This document shows, piece after piece, positions 56,405-64,000 of a stretch of 64,000 nucleotides of DNA. A model generated the notes under the pieces. That model saw nothing but the letters and a program-made list of their open reading frames with translations, had not been told where the DNA came from and did not search any database. Numbering within the stretch: position 1 is the stretch's first letter; every line of letters starts with the position of its first letter. Origin of the DNA: Leptonemataceae bacterium (GTDB lineage Bacteria; Spirochaetota; Leptospiria; Leptospirales; Leptonemataceae); the NCBI GenBank assembly GCA_965227295.1, contig OZ245742.1:1536001-1600000 (forward strand), given 5' to 3'. The translations under genes were made by a program, and so were the position numbers.

Positions 56405-58306
56405 GTGGAATTCTTTCTCACCGCCGTAGTTCTCGGCGAGCTGCTCTTTGTCTGGTACGTGCTGTATCGTCGCTTCTTGCATCGCGGCGAGAGTCGCGGT
56501 GCGGCCGTGCTCTATGCATACGTAACGCTGCTCGCCGGTGTTTCCATTTTCGCGCAACTCTGTCTGTGGCTCGGCCTCGGAAACTGGTCCTGGATCGGCG
56601 ATGCGACGGCCGTTGCGCTGGCCTGGTTGTATCTGCGGCGCACCGAGGGATTGCCGGCTTCGTCGGATCCCGGGCTGACCTTTCGCGAAGTACCGCTGCT
56701 GCCGAAGCTCGCGTACGGAGCGGTGTTTGTCTATCTGGCGTTGCAGGCGCTTTTGCTGCCGTTACTCAATCACGACAGCCACGCGTACAACCTGGCGCGG
56801 GTGTTCATCTATCAACAGCAGGGCACGCTCTTTCCGGAGCACGTCAACTATCTCGCGCAGTCCACGTTTTCGCACGCCGGCGATGTGTTGTTCTTTCTGT
56901 TTACGCGCTTCTACTCCACCTACGCCACCGGCATCTTCAGTTACCTGGCCTGGCTGTGCATTCTCGTCGGCGCCTTTGAAACGACGTGGCGGCACTTTCA
57001 CGATCGACGCCTGGCCTGGGTCGTTACGGCAATCGCGGCCGGGTTCATTCTGCCGATTCTACAGGCGACGTCTTCGAAGCCGGACATCCTCAGTGCCGTC
57101 GCCTGCACGGCGGCCCTTCTGGCCGTGGGCCGGGAAAGCGGGCGCTTTCGTTCGGGCATGTTCGTGCTGGCCGGCGCCTTTGCCGTCGTGGTGAAACCCT
57201 ACGCCGGCGCCATGATTCTGCCCCTGGCATTGTTTGTCATCCTGCGCGCCGCGCGTGACGGGGCCGTTGTCGGTCTCCGGCCGCGCACGGTTTCGGCGAA
57301 GCTGCTCCACGTCATGGCCGTGGCGCACGTCGTACTCCTCGGCGCGCTGATGTACATGAACTACGCGCGCTACGGAACGACCGTCGGCGACGTAGAGTTT
57401 TATCAATTGCACTTAAACGATGACGGCATCACCGGCGCGGCGGCGAATCTGCTGCGCTACTTTTTGCAGACACTTGCCTGGCCCGGTGCGACGGTCCTCA
57501 ACGATTGGTACGCGTTACTGCCGTCGTGGCTGCAACAGGCCGGCGTGCGGGATGGGGCTCCGCTGCAGATCGTGGCGTCCGCGCATTCGTTCCGGCCGTA
57601 CGAAGATTCTTCCTGGTTCGGCTTTGCCGGTGCGCTCCTGGTTCCCCCTGCCGTAATTTATGCCCTGGTGCGCGGCACCTGGTTCCTGCGCGCGCTGAGC
57701 GCGTCTTTGCTGATCTGCTTAATCTTACTTTCCTGGAATCTTGCGTGGGCTCCCTGGAACAATCGTTACTTCACCGTATTCTTCGCGCTCACGCCGTTGC
57801 TCATCGCCGTTCTCCTGCGGCCCCTGGTGCAGATCGGTCCGGCGCGTGTGATCCTGGTTCTGTTGTCTCTCGTGAGTACGCTGTGCGCCGCCCTGGGGAA
57901 CTCTTCGCGACCGGCCCATCTCTTTCCGACCCTGGTGCAACACCGGGAAGTCATGGAGCGATTCGTATACGATGCTCCCGTACTGCGAGAATATCGCCGG
58001 TATGTACCGGTCGGTTCTGAAGTCCTGGTCATCGCACTCCCGGACGCCCGGGTCTACGGTTTCCTGGCGGCGAGTCAAGGCGTTCATGTGGATTTGAACG
58101 CGCCGGATCGAATCATTCGGGCGGACGAGAGAGGGATCGATCAACTGGACATGGAACACGTCGAAGGTCTGCTCCGCCACTATGATCGCGTGGTACTGGT
58201 GGGGGTTCTCCCGCCGGCATGGCTGGAAAAAAACGGCGAACGCCTGTACGGCGTCGATTCCAACGGCAACCCGCATACGCCGTTTGCGATTTACGCGTTG
58301 CGCTGA
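56405..58306 (+). CDS. Polytopic membrane protein, possible GT-C-type glycosyltransferase; start uncertain
   Basis: Many TMs; P.LNHDSHAYNLARV loop, QATS.K.D, VKPY, W.PW.NRY. Confidence 0.6.
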   Translation: MEFFLTAVVLGELLFVWYVLYRRFLHRGESRGAAVLYAYVTLLAGVSIFAQLCLWLGLGNWSWIGDATAVALAWLYLRRTEGLPASSDPGLTFREVPLLPKLAYGAVFVYLALQALLLPLLNHDSHAYNLARVFIYQQQGTLFPEHVNYLAQSTFSHAGDVLFFLFTRFYSTYATGIFSYLAWLCILVGAFETTWRHFHDRRLAWVVTAIAAGFILPILQATSSKPDILSAVACTAALLAVGRESGRFRSGMFVLAGAFAVVVKPYAGAMILPLALFVILRAARDGAVVGLRPRTVSAKLLHVMAVAHVVLLGALMYMNYARYGTTVGDVEFYQLHLNDDGITGAAANLLRYFLQTLAWPGATVLNDWYALLPSWLQQAGVRDGAPLQIVASAHSFRPYEDSSWFGFAGALLVPPAVIYALVRGTWFLRALSASLLICLILLSWNLAWAPWNNRYFTVFFALTPLLIAVLLRPLVQIGPARVILVLLSLVSTLCAALGNSSRPAHLFPTLVQHREVMERFVYDAPVLREYRRYVPVGSEVLVIALPDARVYGFLAASQGVHVDLNAPDRIIRADERGIDQLDMEHVEGLLRHYDRVVLVGVLPPAWLEKNGERLYGVDSNGNPHTPFAIYALR

Positions 58307-58307
58307 C

Positions 58308-59345
58308 TCAGGCCGCCGCTTCTTTGTCGTCGCCGATCCAGAAGTAACGTTCGTAGGGCGGGTCCACCTCCCGCACGCCCACTAACTTCCGCTCAATCAA
58401 ACTCTGCAAAATCGCGTGGATCGTCGCCAGGGCCGTAATGTAATGGCCGCCGGACTTCGCGCGTTCGCCGATGGCCTCGCGGGTCATTACGGCCAGGTCG
58501 TACTCGCCGCTCTGCAGCCGCCGCATAATGCCGCGTTCCAGCAAGGCCAGGGACTTGCGGATGCGACGGATGGCCTGCTTCGGCTTTTCCGGTTCGGCAC
58601 CGTGGGCCGGCAGCAGCCGCTGAATGGGGAGTTCCATGAGCCGATCCAACGACGCGTAGTAATCGCTTAAGTTGCCGTCCAGCTCGGCGTAGATGGCGGA
58701 GATGTTTTCGAGGACCAGGTCGCCGGTAAAGTAGATGCCTTCGCCCAGAATGTACGGGGTGAGGTGCCACATGTTGTGACCGGGCGTATGCAGAAAGCCG
58801 ATCTCCCGATCGCCGATGCGAATGACGTCGCCTTCGACGAGCTCAATGTCCATGCGCATGTCCAGGTCCACGCGATCGCCCTGTTCCACGGACGCCAGAA
58901 AACGTTGCCAGCCCGTGGCGGCGCGGTCGAGTTCGAAGTCGCGGTCCTCGCGATCGTCGTGGGCCTTGTAAATGAGCCGATTCATGGCGCGCTGAAAGCG
59001 TCCAACGAACTTTACGAAGTTACCGACGTAGTCCGCCATGCCGGCCATGCCGTAGAGCTTCGCGTCGGTGTAATGGCGAATCGTCAGTGCCGCGCTGATG
59101 TGATCGATGTGTTCATGCGTATAGAAGATGTGTTTGATCTTATGCAACGACAGTCCGATCTTACGCAGCGCGCGCTGGAGCAGGCCCAGGTTCTGAATGT
59201 AGCCGGAGTCGATGAGCGCCGGTTCGCCGGAGTTGATGATGTAGATGTTGTTGTCCGCGTAGAAGGGCTGCGGGATCGGCACGCAAAAAATATCGGGTCC
59301 GACTTCTTTGATCTCGGGAAGACTTTCGTATTTGTGGACTTGCAT
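58308..59345 (-). CDS. MBL-fold metallo-hydrolase
   Basis: LIDSG, THEHIDH, HTPGH, FTGD, LPAHG. Confidence 0.88.
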   Translation of the reverse strand: MQVHKYESLPEIKEVGPDIFCVPIPQPFYADNNIYIINSGEPALIDSGYIQNLGLLQRALRKIGLSLHKIKHIFYTHEHIDHISAALTIRHYTDAKLYGMAGMADYVGNFVKFVGRFQRAMNRLIYKAHDDREDRDFELDRAATGWQRFLASVEQGDRVDLDMRMDIELVEGDVIRIGDREIGFLHTPGHNMWHLTPYILGEGIYFTGDLVLENISAIYAELDGNLSDYYASLDRLMELPIQRLLPAHGAEPEKPKQAIRRIRKSLALLERGIMRRLQSGEYDLAVMTREAIGERAKSGGHYITALATIHAILQSLIERKLVGVREVDPPYERYFWIGDDKEAAA

Positions 59346-59356
59346 AGGAGGATTTT

Positions 59357-59480
59357 GACTCCGAGGACCGAGGGGCCGAGGTGGAAGATGAGATTCTTAA
59401 AAGATCAAGTCAAACTGCGTATGCGAGCAAGCGTGCAAAGTGAATCCCCTCTCCCCAAAAAACCTCGGTACTCGGAGTTC
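59357..59480. repeat. ~125 bp dispersed element with iterated CCGAGG terminal inverted repeats (copy 2, opposite orientation)
   Basis: ACTCCGAGGACCGAGG / CCTCGGTACTCGGAGT ends pair 15 of 16; shares internal TGCGTATGC.AGC...CGTGCAAAGTG with copy 1. Confidence 0.8.
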
Positions 59481-59495
59481 ATATTGCTTTCAAAG

Positions 59496-60734
59496 TTACT
59501 GCAACTCTTTCAACACACCTTCCATGATGTCCAGCCCCGCCGCAGCCAGTTCCAGGCCGACGTTCAGCGGCGGCATAATGCGAATGACGTTGCCCGCCGT
59601 GCAGTTGATGATGAGGCCCTTATCGCGGCAGGCGCGCACGAAGTCCAGGCCCGGTCGGTCCAGCTCCACGCCGATGTGCAGGCCCATGCCGCGGACATCT
59701 TTGACCGCCGGGAATTGAGTCTCCCAGACTTTCAACCGGCGAAAGAAATACTCGGACATGGCCGCTACGTTGTTCAGGAGCTCGCGTCCGATGATGATCT
59801 TCAGCGTTTCGAAGGCCACACGGCACGTAAGATGATTGCCGCCGAACGTGGAGCCGTGTTTACCCGGACCCAGAAACGGTGCGTACTTTTCCGCCGCGAT
59901 CATGGCCCCGATGGGCAGGCCGTTGCCCAGGGCCTTCGCCAGGGTCATGACGTCCGGCTGGATTCCGTAGTGCTCGTAGGCAAACAGTTTGCCCGTGCGA
60001 CCTAAGCCGGTCTGGATTTCGTCGGCGATGAACAGGACCTCGTATTCGTCGCAGAGTTCGCGCAGGCGGTTCACGAAGTCCTGCTCCATGACGTGGATGC
60101 CGCCCTCGCCCTGGACGAACTCGATGAAGACGCCGCAGAGATTGTTGCCGTTGTTTTCGAACTCGCGTTCCAGCAGGTCGACGTCGTTCGCGGGCAAGTA
60201 GGTGATATCGCCTTTCAGAATGGGGCCGAAGCCGCCGTGGACTTTTTCCTGGGGCGTGAGGACCATGGCCGCCGTGGTGCGGCCGTGAAAGGCGTGATCG
60301 AACGTAATGAAACCGCCGGCGCCGTCCTTGTGTTCCTGGCCGAAGCTGCGCGCGAGTTTGAACGCGGCCTCGTTGGCCTCGGTACCGGAGTTGGCAAAGA
60401 AGACCTTGCCGGGAAAGGAGTGGCCGATGAGCGCCTCGGCGAGCAGGGCCTGCTCCGCGCTGAAGAACAGATTCGATGAGTGCAACAGCCGCTCGGCCTG
60501 ATCACGAATGGCTTCGACGACGTCGGCTTCGCCGTGGCCCAGGTTCGTGACGGAGATGCCGCAGAGAAAGTCGATGTACTGTTTGCCGTCGGTATCGTAG
60601 ACATAACCGCCCTGGCCGAAGGAGAGCGCGATCTCCATGGGATGGCTGTAGTTGCCCAGCAGAAACTTCTCGGACTTTTCTTTGATCTCTTCGAGGCTGA
60701 GCGTCTGGAAAAAATCGGCGGTATCGATCGACAT
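59496..60734 (-). CDS. argD: Acetylornithine aminotransferase (class III)
   Basis: YIDFLCGISV..LGH, FANSGTEANEAAFK, FHGRT, VQGEGG, DEIQTGLGRTG, TLAKALGNG, HGSTFGGN; start taken at MSIDTADF (60734). Confidence 0.88.
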   Translation of the reverse strand: MSIDTADFFQTLSLEEIKEKSEKFLLGNYSHPMEIALSFGQGGYVYDTDGKQYIDFLCGISVTNLGHGEADVVEAIRDQAERLLHSSNLFFSAEQALLAEALIGHSFPGKVFFANSGTEANEAAFKLARSFGQEHKDGAGGFITFDHAFHGRTTAAMVLTPQEKVHGGFGPILKGDITYLPANDVDLLEREFENNGNNLCGVFIEFVQGEGGIHVMEQDFVNRLRELCDEYEVLFIADEIQTGLGRTGKLFAYEHYGIQPDVMTLAKALGNGLPIGAMIAAEKYAPFLGPGKHGSTFGGNHLTCRVAFETLKIIIGRELLNNVAAMSEYFFRRLKVWETQFPAVKDVRGMGLHIGVELDRPGLDFVRACRDKGLIINCTAGNVIRIMPPLNVGLELAAAGLDIMEGVLKELQ

Positions 60735-60806
60735 GGCGGTGCCCTCTATTATAGATAGAATTTCGCGAGAATGCGAGCGATCAACCAGAATTGCGCCGAA
60801 AAATGA

Positions 60807-62464
60807 TTGGCGTGCCCACGAGTGCCGGCACCGTTCCTCGTGCCGTTTCGTAACTCCGCATTTTCCACCGGCCTCGCGGCCGCCCTCTTGCTCGTGTTGA
60901 TCGGCGGGCCTCTGTTCTACGGTGTTGCGCATCGCGCGTCGTGGCCCGAGACCCCCGGTTCCAACGACGGCTCCATCCTTGAACTCGATGTTCTGCACGC
61001 GACGGAATTCCGACAACGACTCGGCCCGTACTCGCGCTTTCACTGGAATCATCCCGGGCCGCTGTACTTTTATCTGGCGGCGCCGTTGTACGCGTTTTTC
61101 GAAAACGAAAGTTTCGCCGTAAATCTGGCCGCGGCTTTGATCAAGAGCGTTTGCCTCGCCGGCATTGTGATGATGTTGTTGCGTCGCGCGTCGCCCGGCT
61201 TCGCGTTGATGGGAATGATCGGCCTCGCCGCCACACAGTGGCCGGTCTGGAACGTGCCGCTGTACATTGACGACGCGTATCCCTGGAACTCCCTGTACAA
61301 CATCTGGAACCCCGTCATCGTTCTGCTGCCGGTCCTCGCGTTGCAGTTCGCCGGCGCTCTGTTCGCCGCGGGCAGGGTTTACATGATCGTGCCGATGGCA
61401 ATACTCGGCAGCCTCGCTGTGCAATGTCACATTGGGACGGCGCCGGTGGTTGGTGCCACCGGGCTCTCGGCCGTCGTGATGTACGCGCTACAACGTCCGC
61501 GCGCTGCCTTCGGTCCGGAAGAGTGGCGGGCCGGCCTCGGTCTGATTTTCGCGGCGCTGTTGATCTGGGCGCCGCCCCTGCACGAAGAGTTAACTGAAAG
61601 TCCGGGTAACTTAACGAAGCTCGCCGCGTTCGCCCTGCACGGCGCGCCGGAGTTGCCGCGGCCGGACTTTGCTGCGGCCCTGGCCACGGTCGTGGCAAAA
61701 CTCGCGAGCTTTCCGATGCTGCCGTATCTGGCGTGGGCCGGCAAAATGCAAACGCCGGCTATCTGCTGCAACCGGCACCGTTCGCGGCGGCGGTCGTCAT
61801 CGTGCTGATGGAAGTCGCGCTGCTGGCGTACGGCGTGCTTCGAAATCATATCAACAGGCGCGGCTTCGAACGCAACCTGGGTGTGCTGACCGGCGTCGCC
61901 ATCCTGGTCGCCGTACTTTCCGTGAAAAGCGTGCGCGGAGAGCCGTACGATTATTTGTACGATTGGACGATGTATGTCGGATTCTTGCTGACGCTTGGCG
62001 CCGCGGGTGTCCTGACTCTGAATCGCGGCGGGCACGGATCGTTAATGATTGGCGGAATCATATTAGTGGTTGCCGCCGCATCTTACAACGCCGCGCACTT
62101 CGCGCGTAGCGACTACTTCGGCCGTACCAGTGATCGTGCGGCGAGCTACGCGAAACTGCGCAACTATCTCGACGAGCACAACATCGAGCGCCCGGTCATT
62201 TACATGCCGGCGCAGGGCTTCGACCACTGGAACTATTATGCGGAACTCCTGCTGCTCCTTGTGCGCGAAGGCCGGGACGCGCGGGTGGAAGGCCGGGTGG
62301 CGTTCATGTTCGGCCGGGCGCGGATGGTTGATCCTGCGCGACCGCCGGACGGACGTTTGTTGTTTACCGACGCCGCGGGATTTGCGGAATCGAAGCGCGT
62401 GTTTTCGGAGCTGGAGCTGATCGTTCGTGACGGGCCGGTCTGGATCGGGGCGCTGAAGCAGTAA
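60807..62464 (+). pseudogene. Polytopic membrane protein split by a frameshift near 61735-61760
   Basis: Frame A (GPYSRFHWNHPGPLYFY, WNP, Q.H, WAPPL) stops being membrane-like after LAWAG; the -1 frame continues YLLQPAPFAAAVVIVL to stop 62464. Confidence 0.65.
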
Positions 62465-62531
62465 CGCAGAGTTAGGACCGAAAAAACGTGGCAGGATCAT
62501 GCGGTCGTAAGTAATCCGGTCTGGAGTGCCC

Positions 62532-63734
62532 ATGGACCTGACCGCGAAGCCAACCCCCGCGGACGAAGAGTTCGTGCAACGTATCCGGGGGATCTGGAAT
62601 AACTTTAGATTAAAACTCGATCTGCCTTTGATCGACCTCCAGCATATCTGGTTGATTGCGTTGGTCGTTCGCCTTGAACGGACCGAGGCCGCCCTGGATG
62701 CGCGCCCGGATCACGGTCAGGGCGATGCGGGGAGCCGCATCTTTCAACAGGTTCTGCAAGAAGCCCTCGACTACGCCGTTCATCATTTTTCGCTCGAAGA
62801 GAAATTGCTGGAGCGCATGGAGTTTCCGGGGCTGGAACCTCATGCCGCGCGGCACAAGCAGTTCATTCTCGGCCTGAACAAACACGCCGAAGAATTTCGG
62901 AGCGGGAAATCCGGAATGGCGCGCAAGCTGCTCACCACGCTCAAGCAATGGTTGTATCAGCACATCGCGAAGGACGATCAGGATTATTACGATTACTTAC
63001 GAAACCAGGACCGGGACGCCCGGGCGGTCTGCCAGGCGGTCCTGGAAGAAGGGCTGACCGAGATCCGCCCGGAGCAACAGGAGCTCTACTATAAAGTAAT
63101 TCGTCCGGCCGAGTGGGAGGCCGATACGCTCGAACGGCGGGCCATGCTCAAACTCGTGAGTGACGTGTGGTATCATTATAATCTGCACATCGGCCTGCCC
63201 ATCGTGGACATGCAACATCTCTGGCTCATACAACAGGTCGTGCAACTGGACTACGCGATCCATCACGAGTACGAGGAGCGCCGGGAACGCTTTAACGCGG
63301 CCCTGAGCGATGCGATCTCTTACATCCAGGAACACTTCTCCACCGAAGAGAAAATCATGGAGCACTTCGAGTACAAACATTTCGAAGAGCATCGCCAGCA
63401 ACATCGTCGCTTCGTACAGTTCGTGCAAAAACGCAACGAGCAGTACAAGGCCGGCGATGAGAAAGCCATCTTCGGTTTACTCCACGATCTCAAGGAGTGG
63501 CTGATCAGCCACATCGCCGTGGAAGACAAGAAGTTGTTCTTCTATTTTCAGAATCGCCGGCCGGAGGTTCTGGGCTTCTGCAAACAGGCAGTGGAGGAGG
63601 GGGACTTCATCATCCGCCGGGGATTCCTGAAACTCTACAAGGCCATCGTGCAGGAGGGGCCCGTCACCGACCCGGACGAAGACGATGGATCGAAAGACAG
63701 CGAGGTCGTCCAGGACAGCGGAGTGATGGAGTAG
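62532..63734 (+). CDS. Tandem (two-domain) bacteriohemerythrin
   Basis: Two sets of ligands: IDLQH/HFSLEE/HAARH/HIAKDD and VDMQH/HFSTEE/HRQQH/HIAVED. Confidence 0.85.
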   Translation: MDLTAKPTPADEEFVQRIRGIWNNFRLKLDLPLIDLQHIWLIALVVRLERTEAALDARPDHGQGDAGSRIFQQVLQEALDYAVHHFSLEEKLLERMEFPGLEPHAARHKQFILGLNKHAEEFRSGKSGMARKLLTTLKQWLYQHIAKDDQDYYDYLRNQDRDARAVCQAVLEEGLTEIRPEQQELYYKVIRPAEWEADTLERRAMLKLVSDVWYHYNLHIGLPIVDMQHLWLIQQVVQLDYAIHHEYEERRERFNAALSDAISYIQEHFSTEEKIMEHFEYKHFEEHRQQHRRFVQFVQKRNEQYKAGDEKAIFGLLHDLKEWLISHIAVEDKKLFFYFQNRRPEVLGFCKQAVEEGDFIIRRGFLKLYKAIVQEGPVTDPDEDDGSKDSEVVQDSGVME

Positions 63735-63758
63735 CCCGCAGGAACCGCGGCAGGGTGC

Positions 63759-64000
63759 CTAATTTCCCAGGCAATCCACATCCACGTTGCACGCCTTTCC
63801 GGAATTGGAGCACACCTTTTTGCCGAACGTACCGACCCTGCACTCACCTTTGATCGGCGGGTTGATGCCGCCGGTGCACACGCCGTCCACACATTTCTTG
63901 CCGGTGCCGCACTGGATGTCCATCATGCAACCGGAGCTGCCGCCCGAATTCCCGCCGCCGTTTTCGGGGCCGACCTGTTCCGGTCCCACGTCCGGGCCGA
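63759..64000 (-). CDS. C-terminal part of a Cys-rich, probably exported protein (5' end outside window)
   Basis: GPDVGPEQVGPEN, Gly/Ser linker, then CMMDIQCGTGKKCVDGVC and CRVGTFGKKVCSNSGKACNVDVDC. Confidence 0.6.
   Translation of the reverse strand, partial: GPDVGPEQVGPENGGGNSGGSSGCMMDIQCGTGKKCVDGVCTGGINPPIKGECRVGTFGKKVCSNSGKACNVDVDCLGN

Noticed and set aside
58764-60005. Long antisense or alternate-frame ORFs (also 4585-5577, 31919-32959, 53988-54947 and many others)
   Set aside because: These are shadow ORFs expected at high GC, overlapping well-supported genes and lacking motifs.
60735-61430. 231-aa N-terminal extension of argD in the ORF track
   Set aside because: It is the antisense shadow of the plus-strand membrane gene; aminotransferase-like sequence begins at ATG 60734.
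1-64000. CRISPR array, cas genes, rRNA or IS transposase
   Set aside because: No regularly spaced direct repeats or recognisable motifs were found by eye.

Overview
This is a GC-rich bacterial chromosomal window. Several genes have a Leptospiraceae-like flavour, but the host assignment is only an inference. (1) 1-17.8 kb: a co-oriented surface-glycan operon with rfbB/rfbA, a TylF-type O-methyltransferase, Wzm/Wzt ABC export split by a polytopic membrane gene, an asparagine-synthase-type amidotransferase and seven glycosyltransferases, ending in mtnA. (2) 17.8-35.3 kb: housekeeping and regulatory genes, including tRNA-Arg(CCT) directly before prfA, TetR/VOC, MocR, sodB, a doubly degenerate GGDEF-EAL protein next to a PilZ protein, pdxH, and a deletion scar joining two 5'-truncated genes. 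(3) 35.9-56.3 kb: an apparently complete ~20 kb extracellular contractile injection system (eCIS, Afp/PVC-like). It has an AAA+ ATPase, cap, one sheath, two tubes, split spike, PAAR, baseplate and two paralogous tail-collar fibres, but no capsid, terminase, T6SS membrane complex or obvious toxin. Its tail-assembly chaperone looks like a programmed -1 frameshift gene. (4) 56.4-64 kb: membrane proteins (one frameshifted), an MBL hydrolase, argD, a tandem hemerythrin and a partial Cys-rich gene. A ~125 bp dispersed element with iterated CCGAGG inverted ends occurs twice, with a third shortened copy. All calls come from reading motifs by eye; no database searches were run.
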